A program made the translations under genes and the position numbers. DNA of 64,000 bases from Bacilli bacterium (GTDB lineage Bacteria > Bacillota_I > Bacilli_A > RFN20 > CAG-826), in contig JAFUEZ010000008.1 of assembly GCA_017470115.1 (NCBI GenBank), forward strand, positions 86,653-150,652, written 5' to 3'. Below the pieces are notes generated by a model. It saw only the letters and a program-made list of their open reading frames with translations, had not been told where the DNA came from and made no database searches. Shown piece by piece: positions 42,582 through 53,151 of the stretch (its first letter is position 1; every line of letters starts with the position of its first letter).

Positions 42582-42739
42582 ATTTTGATTTATAGGTGTC
42601 AAGTATATTTACTTGACATGGTGATTTGATATAAAATATTTAGGTTTTGCAGGGTTTTTATTAAAAATTGCCAACTTAATTTAATAAATAAATTATATTT
42701 GATGAATATTGTTTGATTAAAGTTTATAATTAAAAAGTT

Positions 42740-43378
42740 ATGAAATTTGATTTTGTTGTATTCGATTTAGATGGTACATTAATTAACACTTTAGAAGGAA
42801 TTACAGTGTCTGTTAATCATGCTTTAAAAGCTTTAAATGTACCTTATCAATATGAAGAAAATGAAGTTAAAACTTTTATTGGCAGAGGAGCAAGAAGATT
42901 ATTTCGCCTTGCTATGAAACGTGACTTTAGCGAAGAGGAATATAAACTATATTTAAAATATTATAAAGAAGATCAAATTGTTTCTAGCGTTTATGAAGGA
43001 GTTGAAGAAACACTAAAAACTTTAGAAGAAAATGGTATTAAACTTTTAATATATTCAAATAAACCAAATGAAGTTTCTCAGCCTCTAATAAAAGCCAAAT
43101 TAGGCAATATTAATTTCCTTCATATACAAGGGCAAGACCCACGATATCCTCCAAAGCCAGATGTCACTTTATTATTAAAACTACTTAAAAAGTACAATTT
43201 AATCGATAAAAAAGGACTTTATGTCGGTGATTCAATTGTCGATATAGAAACTGCTAAAAATGCTAATTTAGAAAATTGTATTTTAACTTATGGATATGGA
43301 GATAAAAAAGAGATAGAAGAAGGATCTCCTACCTATAAGATTAATAAATTTGAAGATTTGATTAAAATCGTTTTATAA
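42740..43378 (+). CDS. HAD-family phosphatase (Gph/PpaX-like)
   Basis: FDLDGTL, SNK, KPD, YVGDS..D. Confidence 0.9.
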   Translation: MKFDFVVFDLDGTLINTLEGITVSVNHALKALNVPYQYEENEVKTFIGRGARRLFRLAMKRDFSEEEYKLYLKYYKEDQIVSSVYEGVEETLKTLEENGIKLLIYSNKPNEVSQPLIKAKLGNINFLHIQGQDPRYPPKPDVTLLLKLLKKYNLIDKKGLYVGDSIVDIETAKNANLENCILTYGYGDKKEIEEGSPTYKINKFEDLIKIVL

Positions 43379-43381
43379 AAA

Positions 43382-43660
43382 TTATTGCTTACTTTGCAAT
43401 TTAGAATAGTACTCATTATCTTTTAATGAGTCTATTTTTTCATTAGATTCTTCATCTCTAATGGGTGAGAAGAGATAATTCTTAAATATTTCTTGAAAGT
43501 CTAATGATACAAGCTTTGCATTGAAGTCTTTTGAAGTTACATTAACTTTATTATTTTCAAAAACAAAAATATAATGATTATTATCACTAAAAGCTTCTAG
43601 TACATAACCAGATTTTAACAAGGTTAATGCTTCTTTAATTCCAATCTTGCCATTTATCAT
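43382..43660 (-). CDS. hypothetical protein
   Basis: 92-aa ORF with extended -10 directly upstream. Confidence 0.6.
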   Translation of the reverse strand: MINGKIGIKEALTLLKSGYVLEAFSDNNHYIFVFENNKVNVTSKDFNAKLVSLDFQEIFKNYLFSPIRDEESNEKIDSLKDNEYYSKLQSKQ

Positions 43661-43822
43661 ATTTTTAATTTAACAAAATAATTTAACAATAAAAAGAAAA
43701 TTTTTAATTATTATAAAAATTATTATTGTTTTTCTTAAAAAGTTAGCAAAAATTGATAATTTTTTCTTTTTGATAATATTTTTAATGTTTAATAAGATGA
43801 CTAAAAATTGTATAATATCACC

Positions 43823-44269
43823 ATGATTGTTATTTATACTTCACCTAGCTGTTCAAGTTGCAAAAAAGTTAAAAAATGGTTTGAAGAACAAAACATTCCA
43901 TTTAAAGAAAAGAACATATTTGCATCAGTCCTTAATCCAAATGAATTAAAGGATATTTTAGCCAAGTCCGAAAACGGAACTGAAGATATTATTTCAATGA
44001 GAAGCAATATTATGAAGGAAGGTAATGTTGATATTGATAGTATGTCAGTTAATCAACTTATTGAATTTATAAGAAAAAATCCAAGTGTCTTGAAAAGACC
44101 AATTATTGTTGATGATAGAAGAATTCAAGTCGGTTATAACGAGGAAGAAATAAGATCGTTCATTCCACGTGCACAACGAATTGCTGCAATGAGTTGTCCA
44201 AAATTCAACTGTGGCGATTGCGATGATTGTATCAGTGAAGACGAGCTAAAAATGATAAAAAGTGCTTAA
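43823..44269 (+). CDS. spx: Spx-family transcriptional regulator with Cys-rich tail
   Basis: YTSPSCSSCKK, GTEDIIS, LKRPII, VGYNEEEIRSFIPR; start reassigned to 43823. Confidence 0.92.
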   Translation: MIVIYTSPSCSSCKKVKKWFEEQNIPFKEKNIFASVLNPNELKDILAKSENGTEDIISMRSNIMKEGNVDIDSMSVNQLIEFIRKNPSVLKRPIIVDDRRIQVGYNEEEIRSFIPRAQRIAAMSCPKFNCGDCDDCISEDELKMIKSA

Positions 44270-44336
44270 TAAAAAAATTACTTATAAACAAGTAATTTTT
44301 TTATTTTATAAAGGTTTTGCAAGGTTTTTATATAAA

Positions 44337-44915
44337 TTATAGACTTTCTAATGCTCTTGTTTGCTTTGATCTTGGATTGTCTTTATATTCAATTTCGTGT
44401 TCGATACAGAATTGTTCTAATCTAGTTTTTGCTTTGCCTAAAGAATTTCCTTCAAGCTCTAATTCGAAATCAACTAAATTATTATACTCGTTTCTATCGA
44501 TACAAAGGATATGTTTTCCTTCATCCAATTCGAGTTGAGTTCTGTGTGTTCTTAACTTGGCCATTATTTTTAATTTCTTAATATCAAACCCAAGCATGAT
44601 AATAAAGTCTTTGAGTGAACATTCTGGGAAAATGTTTTTCTTTTCAAACATAACAAATTGATCTTCAGAAATGTTTTCTTCCTTTTCTAATAATCCTTCA
44701 CTCATTGGTGCTTTTAATGTTAAAACAAATTTATCGTTAATTGATCTAACTCTAAGTCCAACACCTAATTTCTTTAAGTCAAAATTCTTAGTTTCAACAT
44801 AATAATTTGTTTGATCAAAGAAAAATGCGTTTTCGTTTTCAAACTCTTTAATTAATTTATTGTAATCTTCTTCTTTAATAAGAGCTTTTGCTTCAATTTC
44901 AATATTTGTTGCCAT
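44337..44915 (-). CDS. CYTH domain protein (YjbK-like)
   Basis: EIEAK, QTNYYVET, LRVR, ELELE, SKQTRA. Confidence 0.88.
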   Translation of the reverse strand: MATNIEIEAKALIKEEDYNKLIKEFENENAFFFDQTNYYVETKNFDLKKLGVGLRVRSINDKFVLTLKAPMSEGLLEKEENISEDQFVMFEKKNIFPECSLKDFIIMLGFDIKKLKIMAKLRTHRTQLELDEGKHILCIDRNEYNNLVDFELELEGNSLGKAKTRLEQFCIEHEIEYKDNPRSKQTRALESL

Positions 44916-44978
44916 AATTTTTTATACCTCAACTAATTTATGATACAATAATTATGCGTATTTTTAAAGGTAATTGAA

Positions 44979-45755
44979 ATGAGGTTTTGCATTACAACAA
45001 ACAAAAATTTAAAGGCAATAGATGAAGCCTTGAAATTAAAGGATAGACTTATTAAAAAAGGACATGTTTTTGATGAAAACAATCCTGAAATTGTCTTTTC
45101 GATTGGTGGAGATGGGAACTTCTTAAAAACAGTTCAAAGATTTATAAATATTGATCCTATTTATGCTACTGTAAATTTTGGGAAACTTGGATATTTATGC
45201 GAATATAAAGCGAACGAAATTAATGTATTAGAAGAAGATATCGAAAATAAAGATTTAAATATTCGTGAGATAAGTTTATTAGAAACTCAAGTTAAAGATA
45301 AAACCCTTTATGCTGTTAATGAATTTAAGATTCAAGCTAATAGCAGTAAAACATTTAAGTTCAATGTTTTGATAAATGATACTTTGCTTGAAAATTTTAA
45401 AGGAGATGGTTGCTTAATAACAACATCAATAGGAAGTAGTGGTTCTGGTAAGTCACTTGGAGGAGCGCTAGTTGATAATGAAATTGAAATGATTCAATTT
45501 GTTGAAATTGGGGCGTTAAGAAATAAAGTTTTTTCTTCGATAGGCTCGCCATATGTATTGAATTTTGATAAGAAGATTACTCTAGATAACTTTAAACCAA
45601 CAAGTTTTTCGATGTTTTATGATTGCAAATCAGTTCAATTTGAAAATTTTGAAGGATCACTTACTTTTAAATTAAGTGATAAAAAGATTAAATTCTTAAA
45701 GAATAAAAGAAATAATTATATAGGAAAAACAAGGGAGGCATTTGTAAGTGATTAG
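44979..45755 (+). CDS. nadK: NAD kinase
   Basis: IGGDGNFL, GKLGYL, AVNE, GDGC..TTSIGSS. Confidence 0.85.
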   Translation: MRFCITTNKNLKAIDEALKLKDRLIKKGHVFDENNPEIVFSIGGDGNFLKTVQRFINIDPIYATVNFGKLGYLCEYKANEINVLEEDIENKDLNIREISLLETQVKDKTLYAVNEFKIQANSSKTFKFNVLINDTLLENFKGDGCLITTSIGSSGSGKSLGGALVDNEIEMIQFVEIGALRNKVFSSIGSPYVLNFDKKITLDNFKPTSFSMFYDCKSVQFENFEGSLTFKLSDKKIKFLKNKRNNYIGKTREAFVSD

Positions 45756-46122
45756 GATATTAGAAGGTAATAATCGGAACTTCCTTGTTTATGGTGCAAT
45801 CGGAATAGCAGTTGTATTAGTGGTTGCTTTAGTTCTAGCTTTTGTTTTAAGAAAAAAGAAAAAACCAGTTAGGGAGAAGAAAACACTAGCCGTTTCAGAA
45901 GATGTATTCATTTCTCATATTGGTGGTAAAGATAATATCATTTCGTATAAATTAGTTGGATCAAGATTATCGCTTGAATTAAAAGATTATTCACTAGTTG
46001 ATAAAGAAGCCCTTAAGGCTGATAATATCGATGGAATCATAGAAATGAGCAATAAAATAGTCCTCGTAAAGGAGGACTTATCAGAAGAGCTTAGTATTCT
46101 AGAAAGCACCAAGAGACTCTAA
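45748..46122 (+). CDS. membrane-anchored PTS EIIB-like domain protein
   Basis: TM helix then GGKDNI...SRLSLELKD..LVD..ALK; catalytic Cys absent. Confidence 0.7.
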   Translation: MIRILEGNNRNFLVYGAIGIAVVLVVALVLAFVLRKKKKPVREKKTLAVSEDVFISHIGGKDNIISYKLVGSRLSLELKDYSLVDKEALKADNIDGIIEMSNKIVLVKEDLSEELSILESTKRL

Positions 46123-46659
46123 ATCAGATCTAATTTCATCAATAGGGAAGCCAATCACATTTGAATAGCTTCCTTTTATTTTGCTTATTAAATGATAGTT
46201 TTCATCATCTTGAATAGCATAACTTCCAGCTTTATCAAGAACATTGATTTCATTAATATATCTTTGAATCAATTCATCACTTAAAACATTAAATGTAACG
46301 TCTGTAATTACTTCTCTAAGAATCTCTTTATTTCCGTGTGAGATTGTATAACCTGTGATGACTTGATGTGTTTTTCCAGATAGAAATTTTAATGTATTAA
46401 ATGCATCTTCTATATCAGCAGGTTTATTGAAAACTCTATCTTCAAATACTACTGTTGTGTCACAAGTAATTAAAAAATCTTCAGGTTTAGCAAGGTTTTT
46501 GACTGAAATTGCCTTGTTTTTTGCTTCCTCGAGTGCCAAATGTTTTGAAGAATTTAAAAGAGTTCTTTCGTCAAAAGAAGGAGATATAATTTTAAACTCT
46601 GGAGATATTTTTTTCATCAACTCGATTCTTCGAGGTGATTTACTAGCAAGGATAATCAT
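46099..46659 (-). CDS. maf: Maf nucleoside triphosphate pyrophosphatase
   Basis: ILASKSPRR, CDT.V, KP, LSGKTH.V.TG, DKAGSYAIQ. Confidence 0.95.
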   Translation of the reverse strand: MIILASKSPRRIELMKKISPEFKIISPSFDERTLLNSSKHLALEEAKNKAISVKNLAKPEDFLITCDTTVVFEDRVFNKPADIEDAFNTLKFLSGKTHQVITGYTISHGNKEILREVITDVTFNVLSDELIQRYINEINVLDKAGSYAIQDDENYHLISKIKGSYSNVIGFPIDEIRSDLESLGAF

Positions 46660-48347
46660 TATGAATTTCTGTTCATTACTAAAGGAATGATCATTGGACT
46701 ACGTTGAGTTTTTCTAAAATAATATTTCGAAACAACCGAACGTGTTGTATTTTTAATATCATTAAATGTTACTTTTTTTGATACAAATAATTCTTCTAAT
46801 GCATCTCTAACTTGAGAGGAAGCATGTCTTGTTAAATGGTCTTGGTAATCGCCATAGCTAACAAAACCGACTGTGAAAACTTTTGGATCACATACAAGTT
46901 CATTCTTCTTACTATCAATAACAAGTAAGACACCAACCATTCCATCTTCTTGAAGAATTTTTCTATCTCTAATAACGGCAGTTGAAACGCCATTAATATC
47001 ATAACCATCGATAAAAACATCTTCAGCAGGAATACGTTCGCCATCAGTAACTTTATGATTTTTTAAAAGTAAAGTATCGCCATTTCCTAATATAAATATG
47101 TTTTCTGATGGAATGCCCATTGTTTTGGCGATATCACCATGTAATTTAAGCATGTGATATTCTCCATGTGCTGGCATGAAGTATTTTGGTTGATATAATT
47201 TTAAATTCATTCTTAATTCTTGACGTGATGGGTGACCTGAGGAGTGAATATCAACAAATACAGAATTAGTAATAACATCAGCGCCTGCTCTTGTTAGTTG
47301 GTTAACAACTCTTTGAATTGAGGCACCATTTCCAGGAATTGGAGAAGATGAGAAAACAACAGTATCTCCTGGCATAATTCTCAAACCTTTAAAAGTGCCA
47401 TTTGCTATACGAGAAAGTGCAGCCATTGGTTCACCTTGGCTACCTGTACAAAGGATTAATGTTTCGTAATCTTTTAAATCTCCCATCGTTTCGACTTCTC
47501 TAATCATAGAAGTTGGCACTTTGATATATCCGAATTTAAGGGCGATATCGACAGTATTTATCATTGATCTACCCAAAATAACTGTTTTTCTATTGTGTTT
47601 TAAGGCACAATCAATAATTTGTTGAATACGGTTAAGATTGGATGAGAATGTTGAAATAATAAGTCTGCCAGTTGCTTTATCAAAAATCTCATTAATAGAA
47701 TCTAAAACATTCTTTTCTGATGGTGTCCATCCTTCTTTTTCAGCGTTTGTTGAATCGGCAAGGAGAAGATCAACACCTTCTAAACCTATCTTTGACATTT
47801 TATGGATTTCCATTTCTGGTCCAACAGGTGTTAAGTCAATTTTGAAGTCTCCAGTATTGACGATTCTTCCTTCTCTTGTGTCGACACATATTCCAAAGGA
47901 ATCTGGAATTGAGTGAGTGACTCTAATAAAAGATACTTTAAATTCACCAGCAGTGATGACGCTATCAGCATCATATTCAATAATTGTTACTTTTTCTTTG
48001 ATTTTTTGTTCGGCTAATTTTTGTTTAATAAGAGCAGCGGCAAGTCTAGGAGCATAAATAATAGGGATTTTAACGATTTTGACTAAAAAAGGAATAGCAC
48101 CGATGTGATCTTCGTGACCATGCGTAATAAAAAGAGCTCTAATTTTAGATTGATTATCTTTTAAATGTGAGTAATTTGGAATGACATAGTCAACTCCAAC
48201 TAAATCATCCTCAGGAAATTTAACTCCTGCATCAAGAATGATTAAATCATTGTCACTTTCTACGCAATATGTGTTTTTTCCTACTTCGCCTAAACCGCCT
48301 AAAGCATAAATTTTAATAGGTCCGCTAAAAATGTTTTTACTTTCCAT
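46659..48347 (-). CDS. rnj: ribonuclease J
   Basis: LGGLGEVGKN, THGHEDHIG, HSIPD, TGSQGEP, HSSGH; start reassigned to MESK after AGGAG. Confidence 0.97.
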   Translation of the reverse strand: MESKNIFSGPIKIYALGGLGEVGKNTYCVESDNDLIILDAGVKFPEDDLVGVDYVIPNYSHLKDNQSKIRALFITHGHEDHIGAIPFLVKIVKIPIIYAPRLAAALIKQKLAEQKIKEKVTIIEYDADSVITAGEFKVSFIRVTHSIPDSFGICVDTREGRIVNTGDFKIDLTPVGPEMEIHKMSKIGLEGVDLLLADSTNAEKEGWTPSEKNVLDSINEIFDKATGRLIISTFSSNLNRIQQIIDCALKHNRKTVILGRSMINTVDIALKFGYIKVPTSMIREVETMGDLKDYETLILCTGSQGEPMAALSRIANGTFKGLRIMPGDTVVFSSSPIPGNGASIQRVVNQLTRAGADVITNSVFVDIHSSGHPSRQELRMNLKLYQPKYFMPAHGEYHMLKLHGDIAKTMGIPSENIFILGNGDTLLLKNHKVTDGERIPAEDVFIDGYDINGVSTAVIRDRKILQEDGMVGVLLVIDSKKNELVCDPKVFTVGFVSYGDYQDHLTRHASSQVRDALEELFVSKKVTFNDIKNTTRSVVSKYYFRKTQRSPMIIPLVMNRNS

Positions 48348-48406
48348 ATTATTGCTATCTCCTAACAAAATCGCCATATTCTAGCAAAAAAATAACGGAT
48401 TATCAA

Positions 48407-48958
48407 CTATAAAGCGATTGATCCGTTAATTTGTTTAAATGGATTTTTCTTATCAATGTGGTCGTAGAAGAGCACGCCTTTTAAATGATCGATTTCGTGT
48501 TGAACAATCATGCTTGGATATCCAATAAATGTGTGTTCTATCGTCTTTTCTTGAAGTGCATCATAAGCTCTGACAGTAACTTTATATGCTCTATAAACAT
48601 ATCCAGGATGATCTTTTTCTACACTTAAGCAACCTTCTCCATTTTCTAAATAAGCTTGTTTAACTGATTCAGAAATGATTCGTGGATTTACTAAGGCAAA
48701 TTCGTGATGCTTTCCATCATCATCTTGATAATAAATTGCAAGCATTTGCTTATTAATACCAATTTGAGGAGCAGCTAAACCAACGCCTGGTTTAACAGAT
48801 GGATGAGATTTAGTGAATTCCTCATCTTGAGAAAGTCTTAAATATTCAATCATGTCGCAAAGAGTTTGCTTGATCTCATCAGAAAGTGGAAGCTCAATTG
48901 GCTCACATCTTTTTCTTAAATTTGGATTTGTATCTTTTACAATCTTAAATATTTCCAT
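48407..48958 (-). CDS. def: peptide deformylase
   Basis: GVGLAAPQIG, EGCLSV, QHEIDHL. Confidence 0.98.
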   Translation of the reverse strand: MEIFKIVKDTNPNLRKRCEPIELPLSDEIKQTLCDMIEYLRLSQDEEFTKSHPSVKPGVGLAAPQIGINKQMLAIYYQDDDGKHHEFALVNPRIISESVKQAYLENGEGCLSVEKDHPGYVYRAYKVTVRAYDALQEKTIEHTFIGYPSMIVQHEIDHLKGVLFYDHIDKKNPFKQINGSIAL

Positions 48959-49017
48959 GTTGAATAATATATCATATAATTAATTACTTTTTAAGTAATT
49001 TGAATTAAAATTAAGTT

Positions 49018-49359
49018 ATGGATTCTAGATTAATTATTGAACTTGAGAATTTGAAAGACGATATTAAAAATTCAGAAGAATACAAAGAATTTTTAATTAA
49101 AGAAAAAGAACTTGAAAACAATGAAGAAGTTCAAATTTTATCATATAAAAAAGAAATGGCAATCGTTGAATATGAGGATTCTTTAAAACATTTTGCAGAA
49201 AATTCAGATGAAGTAAAAACGGCAAAAAACAAGTTAAATCAAGCAATAAGCCTGCTAAACTCTCATAAAATTGTAATTGAATATAACAATGCTCTCACAA
49301 AGCTTAATATTTTATTAAGCGAAGTTGAAAGAGAAATTTTTGGAGATTTAAATGATTAG
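49018..49359 (+). CDS. YlbF/YmcA-like protein
   Basis: Helical, IKNSEEY..F, position upstream of rsmD-coaD as in Bacilli. Confidence 0.65.
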   Translation: MDSRLIIELENLKDDIKNSEEYKEFLIKEKELENNEEVQILSYKKEMAIVEYEDSLKHFAENSDEVKTAKNKLNQAISLLNSHKIVIEYNNALTKLNILLSEVEREIFGDLND

Positions 49360-49894
49360 AGTCGTTGGTGGAAAATATAAAAGACGTGTGTTAGAACAAC
49401 CAGATTCTTCAATCACTCGACCAACAAAAGACATTGCTAAAGAAGGTCTCTTTTCAAGTTTAGGTGATATTAATAATAAATCTTTTTTAGATTTGTTTTC
49501 TGGAAGCGGAGCAATTTCAATTGAGGCATATTCTCGAGGAGCTTCACCAGTATATTTAAATGAGAAAAATAGAGATGCATTAAAAGTTATTAATTCTAAT
49601 TTAGATAAGTTAGGAATTACTGATATTAAAGTTTTAAATAAAGACTATAAAGATGCTTTAACTTATTTAAGTTCGAAGCAAATCACATTCGATATTATCT
49701 TTTTAGATCCTCCATACAAGATGATTATTGATGAAAGTTTTATCAACACTATCCTTTTATATAATATATTAAATAAAGATGGCATCATTATTGCTGAAAC
49801 TGATTATGATATCGATAAAAATTTAGTAGAAAAATATAACGTTAAGATATTAAAATATGGAAGATCGTTAATGAATATTATTAGAGGTTTTTAA
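49352..49894 (+). CDS. rsmD: 16S rRNA m2G966 methyltransferase
   Basis: RVVGGKYKRR, TRPT, LDLFSGSG, EAYSRGA, DPPY. Confidence 0.95.
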   Translation: MIRVVGGKYKRRVLEQPDSSITRPTKDIAKEGLFSSLGDINNKSFLDLFSGSGAISIEAYSRGASPVYLNEKNRDALKVINSNLDKLGITDIKVLNKDYKDALTYLSSKQITFDIIFLDPPYKMIIDESFINTILLYNILNKDGIIIAETDYDIDKNLVEKYNVKILKYGRSLMNIIRGF

Positions 49895-49895
49895 A

Positions 49896-50369
49896 ATGAA
49901 AATTGCTATTTATCCAGGAAGTTTTGACCCAATTACTAACGGCCACATTGACATTATTAAAAGAGCTACAAAATTATTTGATAAAGTAATTGTTGTTCTT
50001 GCTAAGAATTCAGCAAAAAAATATCGTTTCTCTTTAGAAGATAGAAAGGAAATGGTAGAAACTAGTTTAAAAGGTTTTGAAAATGTAGAAGTTGATGTTT
50101 GTGATGGTTTAACTGTTGAATTCGCTAAAAGTAAAGGTGCGGTTGCTATGATTCGTGGCTTACGTGTTGTCAGTGATTTTGAATATGAGTGGTCACTTAC
50201 CGCAGCGAATCAATTTATAAATAGCGATATAGAAACTGTATTTTTGATGGCTCATAGAGATCTAACATTCTTATCATCATCAACCATTGATGAATTAATC
50301 AAAGGCGGAATTGATGTTTCAAGCTTAGTTCCTGATATTGTAATTGAAAAATATAGAGATAAAAAATAG
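49896..50369 (+). CDS. coaD: phosphopantetheine adenylyltransferase
   Basis: YPGSFDPITNGH, IRGLR..SDFEYE, LSSS. Confidence 0.98.
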   Translation: MKIAIYPGSFDPITNGHIDIIKRATKLFDKVIVVLAKNSAKKYRFSLEDRKEMVETSLKGFENVEVDVCDGLTVEFAKSKGAVAMIRGLRVVSDFEYEWSLTAANQFINSDIETVFLMAHRDLTFLSSSTIDELIKGGIDVSSLVPDIVIEKYRDKK

Positions 50370-50392
50370 TGCGATATAATCGCACTATTTTA
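50364..50392. terminator. bidirectional terminator
   Basis: AAATAGTGCGAT-ata-ATCGCACTATTT. Confidence 0.8.
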
Positions 50393-50416
50393 TTTATAAA
50401 TAATTAGAATTTAAAC

Positions 50417-51304
50417 TTATTTTTGTTCGAATTCAACTGAACTTAACCAAGCATGTGCTAAGAAGTCTGCTTTAGTATATTTTGTTGAACCAGTGACTGA
50501 GAAGAATACATTTGTGACGATGTGTCTTGATGCATTTGCTTCGCTCATATCGATTAAAACAATGTAAGGAGTTGAACTTAAATAACTATCTTTTTTAACA
50601 ATATTATCGACATTACTTGTAAATGTTGATTTTGCACTAGCTGTATCTAAGTTTTTGTAGTAGTTACATGTTTGAGCAACATCCCAAATTGTATTGAAGT
50701 ATTGGTTATAAGCTTTTGAAACTAATAAGTATTCGAATGCGGAGTAATCATCATATGTGTGATCATCATCTTTAACTTCAATCTTTTCTTCAACGTGAAT
50801 TGATCTATATTTGAATGATTGATTATATTTTGATGCATCTTCACCATAAAGTGTCGTAGCTTTTTCGACAACTTTTGATGGCCAGCCTTCATGCTCTAAA
50901 TAGTTACTTGCATCGTTGATATCAGCACATGTTGAATCTTCTTTATAGAAGTAGAGGAACATTTTACCTGTATCACCAGTATATGAATTTAAAGCAGATT
51001 TAGCTTTTGCTTTATCACCTGTTTGCCATGCTGCTTCAGCTTCATTGAATTTTTCAAAGAATGTATAAGCGGTGCCTTCTGTTTTTGTATCAGTGATACC
51101 TTCAAGTGACATCTTTTTACTTTCTAACCATGTATATGTATCATCACCGAAGTCCCAACTTGAAACCCAGCTTGTGATTGATGGGATTGAGAAAATAACA
51201 CCAAAAATAATACCGACAATAAGTAATGGTTGAACCCAAGCGGTTTCTTTAATCCATCTCCATAATTTAACAAATGGAGTTCCTAATGCTTTTAAAAATT
51301 TCAT
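50417..51304 (-). CDS. hypothetical membrane-anchored protein
   Basis: W.WIKETAWVQPLLIVGIIFGVIFSIP TM; start reassigned to MKFLK after GAGG. Confidence 0.7.
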   Translation of the reverse strand: MKFLKALGTPFVKLWRWIKETAWVQPLLIVGIIFGVIFSIPSITSWVSSWDFGDDTYTWLESKKMSLEGITDTKTEGTAYTFFEKFNEAEAAWQTGDKAKAKSALNSYTGDTGKMFLYFYKEDSTCADINDASNYLEHEGWPSKVVEKATTLYGEDASKYNQSFKYRSIHVEEKIEVKDDDHTYDDYSAFEYLLVSKAYNQYFNTIWDVAQTCNYYKNLDTASAKSTFTSNVDNIVKKDSYLSSTPYIVLIDMSEANASRHIVTNVFFSVTGSTKYTKADFLAHAWLSSVEFEQK

Positions 51305-51488
51305 CAAAATATACCTCGTATCAAATGCAATTAAAAGAATATCACTAATTGACCTTAATAACAACAAGAAAAATTCTACTTTTATATACAATGTATATAA
51401 TTCTTGTCTTAGTTTATTTTATACGACTCAATTTATTTTGCAATTATTATTGTTTTTTGTTTTATAGATGATTAATATATTAATCAAG

Positions 51489-52583
51489 ATGCGTTGGTTT
51501 AAACATTTAAAGAAAAAAACTATTGATTATCTATTTGATCACCCAATTCAAAGGGAAATCCTTAATAATGCTAAATACATTATAGTTACATGTATTTCTG
51601 CTTTTATTTTTGCCTTTGGTTTCAAATGCTTCATTCAACCAAATTATGATGCGGTTGCTCAAATAGGAGAAGCTAGTGAAAACTTTGTTCAAAACCTTGA
51701 AATAAAAACATTAGCAAGCTGTGGCGCTTCAGGTATAAGTCAAATTTTTATATCTTTACTTAAAATTTGTGGTGTCACTTTCTTAACTGATAACTTTTAT
51801 TTCAACCTTACATATTGGGCATTATATGTTTTAGTTAATGTCCCATTATTATTCCTTGGGTTCTTCAAAGTTGGCAAAAAGTTTGCTATTTACACACTTT
51901 TAAATGTTATTTTGACTTTTGTCTTTGGCATTTTACTCCCAAATTCTTCGCCAGACGACATAATAAATCAAATAACTTTTGCCTTAGGAACAGATGTTTT
52001 TGCTAGAGTTGCTTTTGGTGCTTTAACAACAGGTATTGCCTCATCTTTAGTTTACATTATTAATTCAACAGCAGGTGGAATTGATATCATTGCTTTTTAT
52101 ATTGGCGAAAGAAAAGGTGTTACAATCGGCAAACGGTCAGCACTTATTAATGTTATAGTTGTTGGTACATTTTCAATTCTTTCAACAATCCCACTCAAGC
52201 AAGATTTCATTGATCACGAAATGGGTTCAGTAGCTTTTTCAACAGCATTTGTAATCTTCATTTATATGGTTTTCTATATGATTTTTACATCAGTTGTTGT
52301 TGATACATTAAATACTAAAAACAAAAAAGTTGAACTTCAAATTTTTACTGCATATGAAAATTTATCTCAAATCATTATTGCTAATGTTCCACATGGTTGC
52401 ACAATCATACCTGGCAAAGGCGGATATACAGGAAATAATGTTTATGTAATTTATGTTTCTGTCAGCAAAAGAGAAACAAAACAAGTTGTCAAAGTTTGTC
52501 GTGAGGCAGATCCAAAATGCTTTATTAATGTTTTGCCAATGAATCAAGTATTTGGGAGATTTTTCAAACACCCAATTGAGTAG
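51489..52583 (+). CDS. YitT family membrane protein
   Basis: G.SGISQ, NVPLL.LGF.KVGKKF, S..G.DII, HGCT...GKGGYTG, DPKCFI. Confidence 0.88.
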   Translation: MRWFKHLKKKTIDYLFDHPIQREILNNAKYIIVTCISAFIFAFGFKCFIQPNYDAVAQIGEASENFVQNLEIKTLASCGASGISQIFISLLKICGVTFLTDNFYFNLTYWALYVLVNVPLLFLGFFKVGKKFAIYTLLNVILTFVFGILLPNSSPDDIINQITFALGTDVFARVAFGALTTGIASSLVYIINSTAGGIDIIAFYIGERKGVTIGKRSALINVIVVGTFSILSTIPLKQDFIDHEMGSVAFSTAFVIFIYMVFYMIFTSVVVDTLNTKNKKVELQIFTAYENLSQIIIANVPHGCTIIPGKGGYTGNNVYVIYVSVSKRETKQVVKVCREADPKCFINVLPMNQVFGRFFKHPIE

Positions 52584-52596
52584 TTGGAGAAGAAGA

Positions 52597-53109
52597 ATGA
52601 AATTTTTTAAAAACAAATTATTAATTATATTTTCAAGTTTATTATGTTTTTCTTGTGGAGAAAATCAAGAAGTTGAAGAGACAAGAAAATACGATGATTA
52701 TGCTGAATTTTCTTTTAGTGATGTCACTACAATGTATGAATTAGAAGGTGATCATTATTATATAGAATTTTATAGTGTTACCTGCCCACATTGTGAAAAT
52801 TTAAAGACATCTCTATTTAATTATTTAGATAAATATAAGGAAGATAAGGTTGAGACAAAAGTTTATATTTTTGATGCTCATCATTCAGAATCTGATGCTG
52901 GAAAAAACGTAAGAAGCAATTTTAAAGTAAAACCAGAAAATTTTGTAAGAGAAAATCTTATTGCAGAAATGAAGGAAAACAGTGTTAGTTCAGTCAGTGA
53001 TACATATTGGTTTTCTATTCCTTCACTTTATGAAATTAAAAATGGTGAATTTGTTAGTTTGACTTTAGGGTCTACAGATATAGCTAAGAAATATTCTGAG
53101 TTAAAATAG
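52597..53109 (+). CDS. thioredoxin-fold lipoprotein
   Basis: CFSC lipobox, FYSVTCPHC. Confidence 0.7.
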   Translation: MKFFKNKLLIIFSSLLCFSCGENQEVEETRKYDDYAEFSFSDVTTMYELEGDHYYIEFYSVTCPHCENLKTSLFNYLDKYKEDKVETKVYIFDAHHSESDAGKNVRSNFKVKPENFVRENLIAEMKENSVSSVSDTYWFSIPSLYEIKNGEFVSLTLGSTDIAKKYSELK

Positions 53110-53151
53110 CAAGTTCATTTTAAAATACACTTAAAAGTGTATAATTGTAGT

